From IMG/VR virus record IMGVR_UViG_3300021197_000608: a stretch of 64,000 bases of DNA; one strand, 5' to 3'. Origin of the DNA: an uncultured virus (IMG/VR IMGVR_UViG_3300021197_000608). Taxonomy: Duplodnaviria; Heunggongvirae; Uroviricota; Caudoviricetes. The notes beneath the pieces are model-generated. The model was not told where the DNA came from and did no database searches. It worked only from the letters and a program-made list of their open reading frames with translations. The position numbers were made by a program, and so were the translations under genes. Numbering within the stretch: the first letter of the stretch is position 1; every line of letters starts with the position of its first letter. Shown piece after piece: positions 20,433-30,427 of the stretch.

Positions 20433-21326
20433 CTATTCGTTTGCCAACTTTTGAAAGTATGACATTGCATCATCTTCATCAGCGTCAACTGATTTTGGTT
20501 CTGGTGCTGGTTCAGACTTCATAGTAGGTGCTGGAATTGATTCCTCTTCTTCTATAAACTGAGCGGCAGTCTTACCTGTCGCAACTGTACCTGTTAGAAC
20601 TGTATCCAAACGAGTTTTTAGTTCATCATATGATTTGAAGTTTGATGGAGCCATGAAATCTGCAAGAGAATATTGCGTATCATAGATTGCTTCCATTTCT
20701 TCATCTGATGGTTTCAATTGAGACTGTGACTCAAACTCTGACTTATCATAGTTCCAGTAACCGTCAACCTTACGAATTTTCAGTTTGAAGTTTGCACCTT
20801 CCCACAAATCAAATGGGTTGATTGCAGTTTCATCTTCAAACGCAGGCTGCATTGCCTCCATCAGTTTATCAAAGATTTTCTTACCAAACCTATAGAGCAT
20901 AACTTTACCCTCATTTTCTGGATTGGCAGAATCTTGAATGACATAGATGTTTGCGTAGTATTGCAGTTTACGTTTCTGCTTTCGAGCAATCTCTTTATCA
21001 CTCTCAACACCAGAGTTCCACAACTGAGTGTTGTACTCAGATACAGGATCTTTTTGGTTGAGTGTGGTTAGAGAGTTCTCAATATACCACTGTCCAGTTG
21101 GGCCTTGGAATGCATGATTCCAAACACGAACCCACGGCATTTCTTCATTCACTGGTGCTGGAAGGAAACGTATGATTGCCATACCGTTTCCAGCCTTGTC
21201 AACCTGTGGTTTCCAGAGCCGTTCATCAACGTATGATTTTTTCTCAGTTGTTGGGGATTCGTCCTTTTGGACTTGTTTTAAAAGTTTGTCCAGAGAGTTC
21301 TGGTTGCGTAGTGCTGAAATAGACAT
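20433..21326 (-). CDS. 32: single-stranded DNA-binding protein gp32
   Basis: DERLWK, IRFLPAP, WYIEN, GKKIFDK, GANFKLK, NYDKSEF, acidic tail. Confidence 0.95.
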   Translation of the reverse strand: MSISALRNQNSLDKLLKQVQKDESPTTEKKSYVDERLWKPQVDKAGNGMAIIRFLPAPVNEEMPWVRVWNHAFQGPTGQWYIENSLTTLNQKDPVSEYNTQLWNSGVESDKEIARKQKRKLQYYANIYVIQDSANPENEGKVMLYRFGKKIFDKLMEAMQPAFEDETAINPFDLWEGANFKLKIRKVDGYWNYDKSEFESQSQLKPSDEEMEAIYDTQYSLADFMAPSNFKSYDELKTRLDTVLTGTVATGKTAAQFIEEEESIPAPTMKSEPAPEPKSVDADEDDAMSYFQKLANE

Positions 21327-21396
21327 ATTTTTTCTCCGTATGTTTTCGTATGTTTAAGTATTTCACATGATTCATAATGTATTAGTATTTATAATA

Positions 21397-22233
21397 CTAC
21401 ATCATCCACCCAAAGTCAATAGATAAATTCAAATTTTCTAATTCTATGTACTGTAGGTTTTCGATATCTTTCCACTCTTCAATGAACTTACATGTATCGT
21501 CAGTTCCAAGTGGAGCAGGATTCACTTTCCAAAATCTCACATGTGGATAATCAAGGAAATTTTGTTTGTGTTGTTGTATCCAATTTGTATCTGGAGTTAC
21601 AGCTGCATCTGATGAAAGATAGTTATCTGTATCCTTGTACATATTGTTTACTTTGCCGTTTGAACTGCCCATATCAAATCCTATCAGATATATATCTGTT
21701 GGATTTTCATTACTTATTGCAGTTCGTACTGCGATTGGGCCTGCACTCCAACCACTGTATTCTTCTGATATGAGGTATACCTCATCATCTCCATATTCTT
21801 CACACCATGTAATCCATCTATGATGTTTTGATAACAATTCATCAATAGTTTTCTGGTCGTATCCCATTGATGTATAGTGATCGTGTTGTCGTTTCATCTG
21901 ATTAGGATCAGTTCCATTGAACACAAAAGAATTCTTATCTTCTCTTTTATTGAATATCGTCCATCCTTCATGTTCAAATTCTGTACTTCCAACTATGGTA
22001 TCAAACATAATTCCTGGCAATCTTGTCCAGCTCCGAAAGTAACATTTGTTCTTTAGTGGATATCCACTTGTATATACTTCATGTTGCATACCACCATCAA
22101 CGACAATCAGTACGTCTGGTGTAAAATCACGATAGAGTGCATTACAACCATAAACCTTACCCATCATATTCAGTTGCATGAGGTCTACTTTTTTTCTGGA
22201 CTCACCGTTACCAACAATAAAAACTTTACTCAT
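21397..22233 (-). CDS. DUF115/MptE/glycosyltransferase-like protein
   Basis: VFIVGNGESR, GCNALYRDF.PD, IYLIGFD; start reassigned to MSKVF. Confidence 0.5.
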   Translation of the reverse strand: MSKVFIVGNGESRKKVDLMQLNMMGKVYGCNALYRDFTPDVLIVVDGGMQHEVYTSGYPLKNKCYFRSWTRLPGIMFDTIVGSTEFEHEGWTIFNKREDKNSFVFNGTDPNQMKRQHDHYTSMGYDQKTIDELLSKHHRWITWCEEYGDDEVYLISEEYSGWSAGPIAVRTAISNENPTDIYLIGFDMGSSNGKVNNMYKDTDNYLSSDAAVTPDTNWIQQHKQNFLDYPHVRFWKVNPAPLGTDDTCKFIEEWKDIENLQYIELENLNLSIDFGWMM

Positions 22234-22820
22234 TTTGGATACCTCATCCAAATTGTTGCAATCCACTTTTCTAAACCATCGGCTGGTTGTAAACCAGCGT
22301 GTAGTGTTAGTTTGTTTATATCCATTGTATAGTTGTATTCAAAATAAATTAATGCACCCTTCTTTGGCACAAACTTCAATCCTAAATGTGGGAACTCTGT
22401 TTCACCACCTTCTGGAACATCATTAAGATAAAATATTGCAGTTGCTTCTCTTTGAGCATTAGTATTATGTTGTACACCCTTATGCACAAAGAAATCAAAA
22501 TGCGCTTTATATTGTTGTCCTTTTTGATAATTGATAATCATAGTATCTTCAAAGTTCTCTGTTTGTTTACCAAAGAACTCAGCAGTATTATCTCTTATAA
22601 GTTTATTCACTGAATGTTCATGTTCTGTAATAAAAAAGTCAGAACTTGTACGAGCCTGATCAGGTCTAATTCTACCATCATTTCTATCTACCACCTGAGA
22701 GTTATGAACTCTTGGTCTAGAATATTCCACCAATTCATCACAGTCACTTGGTGCAATAAAGTTCTCTATGTATGCAACTAATGGTTCATCGTTATATACA
22801 TCAGACTCGTACAAATACAT
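22230..22820 (-). CDS. 2OG-Fe(II) oxygenase, prolyl-4-hydroxylase-like
   Basis: RTS, HFD, YLND..GGETEF, H...KWIAT. Confidence 0.85.
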   Translation of the reverse strand: MYLYESDVYNDEPLVAYIENFIAPSDCDELVEYSRPRVHNSQVVDRNDGRIRPDQARTSSDFFITEHEHSVNKLIRDNTAEFFGKQTENFEDTMIINYQKGQQYKAHFDFFVHKGVQHNTNAQREATAIFYLNDVPEGGETEFPHLGLKFVPKKGALIYFEYNYTMDINKLTLHAGLQPADGLEKWIATIWMRYPK

Positions 22821-23549
22821 TTACAATCCTTTCAACAATGGGAAGATTTTTGCAATCTCCTTGGCACATTCTTTTGCAACATTCATGTGTTCTTTTTGAG
22901 TTCCATTTTCACTTCTTAATTCTATATAATGTACCCAAGAACGTAATGTTCCATTCATCATAATACATGTCTTCGTCAATCCTTCAGGCAGAACTGCACG
23001 AGCCTGTTCTTTAGCAATACCATTTTCGATTGCCCAGTTGTAGGCTTCCTTTGCTTGCTTGATTATACCATGTTGTTTTCTTTGCCAATTTGTAATTAAA
23101 TCTTGTCTATGTAAATCCAATTGTATAGAAGGGTCGTTCTCTATCTCTATAGAGTTCTGTCTATTCTTTGGATCTTGAAGTCTACATTCACGAGTTGTGA
23201 AAGCATCTCCCATAGACTGTGGATCGGCATACCTTTGACTAAATTCTTGAAAACTGAAACTTCTGTGACGCACAATTTGATGTGCAATATCACGAGTTGT
23301 TTCTATTTCAATACAAGCACTAGCCATTTCTAAAGGTGACCAGTGTTTGTTATCTATGAGATACTTGATAAGTTTCTCTGAAGTTTTTTTGTTAAATTGA
23401 TTTGCTGGGTTAGATACACGAGCACAATACGAAATTAAATCTTGGACATCTCCAAGTCCTTCTTCAGCAAAATCCTCTGTAGGCATCGAATACGATACCA
23501 ACTTAGCGGATGTTAGCATATAGTCTTCCTTATTCTCTGTCACCATCAT
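22821..23549 (-). CDS. thyX: flavin-dependent thymidylate synthase
   Basis: HWSPLE, RHRSFSFQEFSQRY, EQARAVLP. Confidence 0.95.
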   Translation of the reverse strand: MMVTENKEDYMLTSAKLVSYSMPTEDFAEEGLGDVQDLISYCARVSNPANQFNKKTSEKLIKYLIDNKHWSPLEMASACIEIETTRDIAHQIVRHRSFSFQEFSQRYADPQSMGDAFTTRECRLQDPKNRQNSIEIENDPSIQLDLHRQDLITNWQRKQHGIIKQAKEAYNWAIENGIAKEQARAVLPEGLTKTCIMMNGTLRSWVHYIELRSENGTQKEHMNVAKECAKEIAKIFPLLKGL

Positions 23550-23971
23550 CTTTCTTCACCTTTTTAATGTTTTCAAAATCCCAACCTACTTGATTAATAA
23601 CATACGGAAAATCGTAAATAACTATCTTTTTCTTACCATCTACGATTGCTTCAACTTCCCACTTTGTTTGTGACAATTGTTTATATTCCATGTTATATCC
23701 TTATTTCAAATTGAGCAGTTTAATATCATACTCAGGATAATGCGTTATGTCCGCCGTCTTGGACGCCATGACATATTAGACTTATTAGCGACTTCTGCAA
23801 GTCGTTTGGAAAGTTCGATATCACGCTTCTGAAGTTCAGCGCAATCGGACTCTAGAGTCTTTACACGAGCAGTTGCTTCTTTAAGCTTTGCACGATAGAA
23901 GTCTCTTTCCCTAATAAGTTCATTCGATTCGTTTGAACGAACTGGATCTGGAAGTTGAACTTCGATACCCA

Positions 23972-24553
23972 TTAGAATGTCTCCTTTACTAGTTTGAGTA
24001 GTTTCGTTTTACACTTCTCCTTATCATAAGGTAGAAATGCGGTGTACTTAACAATTAATCTTCTGCTGTCAGGCCATACTAGATCATCACTCATTCCTTC
24101 ATCAAATCTTCTAACATAGTTTAGTAATCCTTGCAGAATTACCATTGTCTCCAAACTAACTCTTTTAGCAAGGAAGTTCTTTAATAATACAGGATGTTTA
24201 CCTGTTTGTAAAGAGAAAATTGAATTAAAATCATCAACTTGTTCAAATAAAAATGACATATCAGTAAGAAAGTTGTATGTCAATGATTGTTTGTTCTTAG
24301 ACCATTTCAGATAATTCTCTTCCTTAAAATCTCCTAACCACCCTTTAGGCGAGTGGACAAAATTTGCAACAAAGTAGTCTAACGATTTATCATCATACTT
24401 CTTTGCGACCCTAGAGAAGAAATGTCTATCTCTTCTTTTCAAGAACGAAGCCTTGGTTGCAGATGTACGTCCACCATATCTGGTGTAATCGTAGTCTGTA
24501 GTAAAATGCAACTTGAGACCAAGGTACATTTGGTAGGCTTCCCACGCTTCCAT
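23972..24553 (-). CDS. 59: helicase loader gp59
   Basis: YQMYLGLKLHF..YDY..Y.G, F.KRRDR.FF, SLET. Confidence 0.85.
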   Translation of the reverse strand: MEAWEAYQMYLGLKLHFTTDYDYTRYGGRTSATKASFLKRRDRHFFSRVAKKYDDKSLDYFVANFVHSPKGWLGDFKEENYLKWSKNKQSLTYNFLTDMSFLFEQVDDFNSIFSLQTGKHPVLLKNFLAKRVSLETMVILQGLLNYVRRFDEGMSDDLVWPDSRRLIVKYTAFLPYDKEKCKTKLLKLVKETF

Positions 24554-24563
24554 TGGAAACTCC

Positions 24564-24797
24564 TTAGATTGGTAGGGTTGCTACTCTAGGCAAGAAATTT
24601 AATTCTCTTGCATCGGCTTCTATTTTCTCTTTGAGGGGTTTTGATATGAGCGGCGCTATTGAGTCAGGCTCCATTTGATTCTTCTCACAATAATCTAAGA
24701 TTGCATCCATATAACTAACCCCACCTTGTGCTACAATTGTTTCTATTTTAATAGCAAACTTCTTTGGTGTCATCACTGTAATCTCTTCTAAGTTCAT
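24564..24797 (-). CDS. 33: late transcription coactivator gp33
   Basis: F..KIE.IV..SYMDAI..CE..LISKPLKEKI..A..LNFL; next to gp59. Confidence 0.85.
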   Translation of the reverse strand: MNLEEITVMTPKKFAIKIETIVAQGGVSYMDAILDYCEKNQMEPDSIAPLISKPLKEKIEADARELNFLPRVATLPI

Positions 24798-24810
24798 AAT
24801 TTATCCTTTT

Positions 24811-24846
24811 AAAACGATAGGGAGCAGGGCGCCCCACCCCCTATCT
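24811..24846 (-). terminator. GC-rich hairpin with U-tract
   Basis: GATAGGGGGTGGGG...CCCTGCTCCCTATC followed by GTTTT. Confidence 0.6.
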
Positions 24847-24928
24847 AATAAAGCAGAGCCAGTAAATATTAGTCTGGATGCATCGTAATCCTTACCGTAG
24901 GACTACACGGGCGTATTAAGGCGCCACC

Positions 24929-25447
24929 CTACTCGTGTTCTCCGCCTGGGTCATTCGGATCAAGTCTAATTTTTTCAACTTTACCACCACCAGAAAGATA
25001 CATAACTTGTCTAGACCTACTTGGCGTACCAGTAGGGAAATTAGTAAAAAAAGATGGTTTACGTTTTGCAGTTTCAAATGTTCCTACTGTAATAACAATA
25101 GCTGCAAGTAAGATAATGTGAGCAATTGCACTAATACCAAATACAACAAAACTACCAACTAAAAACGAAAATACGATGCACCACATCCATGCAAGTATTT
25201 GTAAAACCATATGTCTTACTTGTAAATCTGGAATATGTCTCAATGGATTTCTATCCATATCCATTACGCCATTCCAACAATCATATACCCATTGTCTCAT
25301 ATCTATTACCTTTTCAAATGTTACCTTTACTGGATAATGTGCATCCACAACATCTCTAAAATCTATTGCATCATATACATTCACAAACTTTTGTACAACT
25401 TTTTTATCTTTAAAATATCCAGTTACACGATACATAATAATCTCCAA
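24929..25447 (-). CDS. membrane protein of unknown function
   Basis: NPLRHIPD..RHMVLQILAWMWC with 2 TMs; start uncertain. Confidence 0.6.
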   Translation of the reverse strand: MEIIMYRVTGYFKDKKVVQKFVNVYDAIDFRDVVDAHYPVKVTFEKVIDMRQWVYDCWNGVMDMDRNPLRHIPDLQVRHMVLQILAWMWCIVFSFLVGSFVVFGISAIAHIILLAAIVITVGTFETAKRKPSFFTNFPTGTPSRSRQVMYLSGGGKVEKIRLDPNDPGGEHE

Positions 25448-25454
25448 ATTAAGT

Positions 25455-25745
25455 GGTAGGTTATTCTGTTACTAGGAAACCCACCGAAACCCTATCGGAT
25501 TAAGCTGCTAGAGCATAACCTTGAGGTGCAAAATTATCGTTTGCGTTTAGTTTTGTTAGACTATTAGGCGTCTATCCCACAGTTCTACTCTTACCTATCC
25601 CTATCAGTCGATCCTAGTTCGCCCCCATCATAATCCCACTCCCAAGCAGTGATTCAATATCTCATCTAGAAGTGAGATTATGGTGGAGGCGATGGGTACT
25701 GCCCCCATGTCCTGTCTAGTATTCGGTTTGTATCAACAAACTGTA
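25455..25745 (-). ncRNA. ssrA: two-piece circularly permuted tmRNA
   Basis: acceptor piece ends CGCCTCCACCA at 25681; hairpin intervening sequence 25627-25680; coding piece starts GGGGGCG at 25626 (G3.U70); tag ANDNFAPQGYALAA* at 25544-25500; outer ends approximate. Confidence 0.93.
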
Positions 25746-25748
25746 CTC

Positions 25749-25779
25749 TATTTATACCACAGTAGTTCCAAAGAGTCAA
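25749..25779 (-). promoter_or_regulatory. overlapping sigma70 and late promoter for tmRNA
   Basis: TTGACT-17-TATAAA, with the -10 extended to TATAAATA. Confidence 0.7.
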
Positions 25780-25964
25780 GAAGAAATTGATCCTACTGGC
25801 TTACAAATAAATTCTACAGTATCCCAATCACCATCAACTGGAATTTCTGTATACTCAACCATCATAACTTCGCATTCTGATTGAGTTTGAAACCACTGCA
25901 CATCTTGTTCTAGACATGTGCTTCCAGAACAAACTGTCAATAGTATATGCCAAATTGTTTCCAT
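25776..25964 (-). CDS. small two-Cys family protein
   Basis: FQTQSEC...FICKP. Confidence 0.6.
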   Translation of the reverse strand: METIWHILLTVCSGSTCLEQDVQWFQTQSECEVMMVEYTEIPVDGDWDTVEFICKPVGSISS

Positions 25965-26323
25965 TATAAAGATTTACCTTTTGGCCAAGGGATTACTTTT
26001 AATCCTCTTCCAGTATTAAGAATACATCCTGTATCTTTATCAGTAAATTCTAATAGTGTCCACGTTTCTGTATCCTTATTATGTGCAATAACAAGTTTAG
26101 ATTCTGTTAATGCACCTGTTGTATTCATAGTTTTACCTTCCATGATAACAGTTGGTGCTTCACCAAACCTCATCGTGATATCAATCATTTCTTGTGCTGT
26201 TCCACACTGAACTGGTTTTTGTGTCCAGTATGGTTCTGCAAATGCTGGACTACATCCCAGCATCACTACGCATAGCAGTAACTTCCTCATTTTCTTTTTC
26301 CCACTCTGAGACAAACTGTTCAA
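25964..26323 (-). CDS. secreted hypothetical protein
   Basis: signal peptide from internal MRKLLL; KPVQCG..TWTLLE..GCIL.G. Confidence 0.6.
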   Translation of the reverse strand: MNSLSQSGKKKMRKLLLCVVMLGCSPAFAEPYWTQKPVQCGTAQEMIDITMRFGEAPTVIMEGKTMNTTGALTESKLVIAHNKDTETWTLLEFTDKDTGCILNTGRGLKVIPWPKGKSL

Positions 26324-26951
26324 CTGTTTCTACTAGTAATGGTAAGTAGTCATGTTTAGTTTTAACAAACTCTTGAACTGTTCCATCTTCTGTTACAACA
26401 AGAATTACTATTTGATTGATTTCGATTCCTGTTCGTTCTTCAAACATTTCTGCATATGCAGCTGCCTGAATATAATATGACTCATTATACTCATCATTAC
26501 GTTCTGAACGAGAAGTCTTAAAGTCAATGATAGATGGTTTTCCATTATATTCTGCAATACAATCCACCCTACCAGCAACTTGATATTTGTCACTCCAAAG
26601 TCCACACTCTTGAGCGAATATATTATCTATATTCTTTTCTATTACTGGTTTTAGTTGTTGAAACAAACACCAAGGCAGAAATTCACGATTGTCTTTTTCT
26701 ACCTCTTGATTGTTTATAAAGTCCTCACACATATGGTGGACTTTAGTTCCACGAGTCGCAGCAGTTCTTGCAATATAGTTTGCAACATCATGTCCAACTC
26801 TTTTACGCCACTGGGCTAAACCCTCACGTTTTCGTACATTCAGTACAGTTGTGATTGATGGGTACATTCCATTTGGTGTTACATAAAATCGTTTGCGATC
26901 TACGTTCTTAGTTTTTACTTCTGGTATATCAACTGGTGTGTGTGTAAACAT
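26250..26951 (-). CDS. PD-(D/E)XK / Cas4-like exonuclease
   Basis: YPSITTVL, RGT.VH, AGRVDCI, IIDFKTS, QAAAY. Confidence 0.85.
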   Translation of the reverse strand: MFTHTPVDIPEVKTKNVDRKRFYVTPNGMYPSITTVLNVRKREGLAQWRKRVGHDVANYIARTAATRGTKVHHMCEDFINNQEVEKDNREFLPWCLFQQLKPVIEKNIDNIFAQECGLWSDKYQVAGRVDCIAEYNGKPSIIDFKTSRSERNDEYNESYYIQAAAYAEMFEERTGIEINQIVILVVTEDGTVQEFVKTKHDYLPLLVETVEQFVSEWEKENEEVTAMRSDAGM

Positions 26952-27011
26952 AATTTATCCTCAAGTTTTAACATATTATACTTCAATTAGACTGTAATGT
27001 CAATAGATTTA

Positions 27012-27737
27012 TCAACCGCTTTCAGTCTGTCCTTGTTGTTTTATTTTACTGATAAGATATTCCTTTACCATACCAGAACGAACAATATCACCTAAATTAA
27101 ATTCTACTGTAGAGAATGATTTCATACCTCTAAGAATTTTCATAAAATGTGATATACCGTCTTTCTCACTGTTTCTTTGTAAGTCAGTTTGAAAGATATC
27201 ACCACAGAACATAATTTTTGAATCTTGTCCAACTCTAGTAATGATAGTATCTAGTTCATGGAAGTTCAAGTTCTGAGCTTCATCTACAATAACAATAGCG
27301 TTATCTAACGTGATACCACGCAAGAATGAAGTTGTAAGAAACATCAATGAACCTTGACTCTTTAGTCTATCATACAACATACTAAATGCCTGTTCGTTTG
27401 GTTGTTCAAACATAAACTTCACCATATTCTGATATGGTACTTGGAACAAGGCTGTCTTGTCCTCTTCATCACCTGGCAAGAAACCAATCTCACGAGTTGG
27501 TACTGCACTACGAACTAAGTAAACACAATCATATGGTGTTTCATTTCTCAATGCTTCTTGCAAAGCGAGATATAAGGTAATGAATGTTTTACCTGTACCA
27601 GCCGCACCGTACAAGAACATATTCTTACCAGATTTATAATCTTGAAATACCTTCTGTTGATTGTCAGTAGCTGGAGTTACAGTAACCATCTGGTCAATTC
27701 TAATATCTTTTGCCTTTGCCATTATTCGCTTCTCCAT
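27012..27737 (-). CDS. phoH: PhoH-like ATPase
   Basis: GAAGTGKT, IGFLPG, FLRGITL, DEAQN, GD..Q.D, DIVRSG. Confidence 0.95.
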   Translation of the reverse strand: MEKRIMAKAKDIRIDQMVTVTPATDNQQKVFQDYKSGKNMFLYGAAGTGKTFITLYLALQEALRNETPYDCVYLVRSAVPTREIGFLPGDEEDKTALFQVPYQNMVKFMFEQPNEQAFSMLYDRLKSQGSLMFLTTSFLRGITLDNAIVIVDEAQNLNFHELDTIITRVGQDSKIMFCGDIFQTDLQRNSEKDGISHFMKILRGMKSFSTVEFNLGDIVRSGMVKEYLISKIKQQGQTESG

Positions 27738-28033
27738 TTATGTCGATGCTTATCTATCACTGCTTTAGTCTTAATATCCTTAATACTCCTATTACCATAT
27801 CTATCTGCAAAAGGTGTATCTGGATGAGCCTCTGCAATTTTACTTTGCATCTCTTTCCAACCATCGTCAGTTTTACTATCAATTGTCGAACCGTATGTCG
27901 AAACAATTGAAAAAGATGATGGCAGTTGTTTGATATGAGGATTTTTCTCTAGCAGTTCTTCTCTGCGAGCATTAGACAGGAAGTCCTCAAACTCTTCACC
28001 TGTCTCTGTATTTTTAAAATTAAATATTGGCAT
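27722..28033 (-). CDS. FmdB-like small protein
   Basis: MPIFNFKNTETGEEFE..NPHIKQ; next to phoH as in T4-like marine phages. Confidence 0.6.
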   Translation of the reverse strand: MPIFNFKNTETGEEFEDFLSNARREELLEKNPHIKQLPSSFSIVSTYGSTIDSKTDDGWKEMQSKIAEAHPDTPFADRYGNRSIKDIKTKAVIDKHRHKWRSE

Positions 28034-28315
28034 AATAATCCTATTTTTTCAATTCACTCATCTCTTGTTTAAGATGATAATTTTCTTCAGACAATTCCTT
28101 AACTCTATTTATGAGTTTGTAATAATCACCTGTCAGATTTTTCATATCCTCTTGCATCAACTCAACCTTAGTTGACAATGCTACAAGTTCTCTACGATAT
28201 AGTTCATTACCAGTTTTATCTAGATTAAGACCTTCGTCTATCTTTACTTCCATTTTTGCATCCTCTTGTCGCATTTTCCATAACATCCAATCATAATAGC
28301 GTTCAGGCTCTTTAG

Positions 28316-28858
28316 TCATGTTACATACCATTCTGGAGCTCCACGCTTTTTCCAACTCGCAAGATGTTGTTTGTATTTTATGTAGTAATTTCTGTAAGAA
28401 ACAATTGATGATGGATTCTTTACATCATCAGGCATCGCTGGTGTTGGTTCTGTAAAATTACCATCTGGAATATTATCTGGTGCAACTGCAAGTGCTTCAT
28501 GTAGTTTTCTGTAACTCTCATGGTCTACATCTTTATCATACCTGTAAACAAACTCTTGATTTAGTTTACTCCACAAGTCATATAGGTATTTGTAATTTGC
28601 TTTTGATTGTCGAACCCAAATACCACTAGGATGATTTACATGAGAGGCTTTGTAAAGAACACTTTCAAGATTAGAACTCAACTTCCATCTTTTGATTTTA
28701 CGTCCATTCTTAGTCTGTCCGTAGTATTCTTCACCATCCAATACACGATGTGCAGTAGACATAAGTTGAGCATACTCAATAATCATTTTACTAGCATGAC
28801 TGTCCACATGCATAGCAGCACTAATCTTTGGATCTTCATGTAAGTAAAAAATATTCAT
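28316..28858 (-). CDS. pyrimidine-dimer glycosylase-like conserved phage protein
   Basis: MNIFYL..DP, KM..E.AQLMSTAHR, H.NHPS..W, PAMP, YR.YY. Confidence 0.65.
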   Translation of the reverse strand: MNIFYLHEDPKISAAMHVDSHASKMIIEYAQLMSTAHRVLDGEEYYGQTKNGRKIKRWKLSSNLESVLYKASHVNHPSGIWVRQSKANYKYLYDLWSKLNQEFVYRYDKDVDHESYRKLHEALAVAPDNIPDGNFTEPTPAMPDDVKNPSSIVSYRNYYIKYKQHLASWKKRGAPEWYVT

Positions 28859-29395
28859 CTACTTCTCCCACCGATAAAAGATATGATCTTCAATCTCAAT
28901 TGTTTTTGTTTTGGTTCTTGCCCATGCTGGACGTACATAGTCTGCATGATAATGTGTTGCACCTTCTGTAATGTCCATGAGTTTTATTGTACCATTAATT
29001 ACCATTTCACTCAAGAGAAAAATCTCATTAAATGTTTCTTTATCATGTGCAATATCGCTTTTGCCATCACAATACCAACTGAACTGACACTTATGTCGAA
29101 TAGGTATCATCTCACCAGTACCCTTCCAACTAGGTCGAGAAGGGCCTTCATAGACAACACCACAGATTGTATTTGGAAATCTAGAATCATTTACACGATT
29201 TATAGTGACAGACATAACTGCCATCTGTCCAGCCGCTGGTTGATTCCTTGCTTCAAAGTATACATTCTGTGCAAGACACTGTGCTTCTCTATGTCTGAAT
29301 TCTTCTACACCTAGAGATGAATCATCAGCATATGCGGCTGGCATGAGTGTCAATGCACTCATTAGTAGTTCTTTAATCATGGATAGTTGCCCCAA
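28859..29395 (-). CDS. SleB-like cell wall hydrolase (Hydrolase_2)
   Basis: CLAQNVYFEAR, NRV..FPNTIC, CQFSWYCDG, GATHYHADYV.P.W, HIFY. Confidence 0.9.
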   Translation of the reverse strand: MGQLSMIKELLMSALTLMPAAYADDSSLGVEEFRHREAQCLAQNVYFEARNQPAAGQMAVMSVTINRVNDSRFPNTICGVVYEGPSRPSWKGTGEMIPIRHKCQFSWYCDGKSDIAHDKETFNEIFLLSEMVINGTIKLMDITEGATHYHADYVRPAWARTKTKTIEIEDHIFYRWEK

Positions 29396-29982
29396 TATTC
29401 ATTCCATTGACTCGATACAACATCCTTTGCGATATCTTTATCCCAACTAGACGTATATCCTAATTTATCAATTACGAATGTTTGAACTTCTGAAACATGT
29501 TCAGCTTCACTAAACTTGTTTTCAATTCCATCAATTGAGAAAACCTCTTCCTCAACATCCATCATGTAACTTTTAACTGCTCCCATTATACAATCTCCTC
29601 AAAACCCATCATTGCAACTTTGTACTTTGTAGTACCCAATAACATCTGGTCGTTCATACTTGTAGAACGTAAACCATATGTTTGTCCATCCACTTCTTTA
29701 AGTGGAGCCATAACAGTGACGTTTGGATTATAGTCACCATTCTTTTCACCATCCTCAAAGTATTCTTCTTTGATACTCCAAGAACCCATTACGTTATTTG
29801 TCCAACGATATGCATATTCAAGTTTTTCATTATCTGATGGTAAATCAGGCACATCTACAAAAGCAACTGTATGTGGGGTTTCCTCAAACGCTGCGTGAAT
29901 AACTGCTACTTGTGTCATAATATATTCCTCTCTTTTCATTCTACATACTAATTATAACTGTTGATTCGTCAATTGTCAAGAG

Positions 29983-30402
29983 CTAAAGTATGTTTGATTC
30001 CCAAACTAATTGAGCAAGTTTATCTTCCATTCGGTATGCCTCTTTCTCCCAAGGCAAATCCCAATAACTAACTGAGTCTGCAACTGTAGACCTTTTCCAA
30101 TGTCTGTCAGTAATGTTACCACTCATCTCATTACGAGCGTACTGTTTTGCATGTACCATTTCGTGACACAATGCAGTGACAAAATCTTTCAAGGATAATT
30201 CTTTACTAACCTCAATCTCAAACTCACGATTAGTATCTTCCATCATGCAGTAACCGATAGCATCATCAGTAAACTTACGAATGTTAACAGTAATGTCTAA
30301 AGTTCTCATACGAGGCATAAGAGCTTTAATCATCGTGTCGATAACATTATAAGCAACTTTCTTTTGGTATTTGTTACCACCGTTTATTTCAATATAATTC
30401 AT
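29983..30402 (-). CDS. HExxH metallopeptidase-like early protein
   Basis: LCHEMVHAKQ..Y.DLPWEKEA. Confidence 0.7.
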   Translation of the reverse strand: MNYIEINGGNKYQKKVAYNVIDTMIKALMPRMRTLDITVNIRKFTDDAIGYCMMEDTNREFEIEVSKELSLKDFVTALCHEMVHAKQYARNEMSGNITDRHWKRSTVADSVSYWDLPWEKEAYRMEDKLAQLVWESNIL

Positions 30403-30427
30403 AATCTCTCCGAATCACTATACTAAT

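Noticed and set aside
20352..20433. SAM-II/SAM-V riboswitch assignment
   Set aside because: Only the 3' CUAAAGAG resembles it; core motif missing and it lies 3' of a gene
26250..26951. Cas4-like nuclease as sign of a CRISPR system
   Set aside because: Solo exonuclease of the kind common in T4-like marine phages; no array or other cas genes
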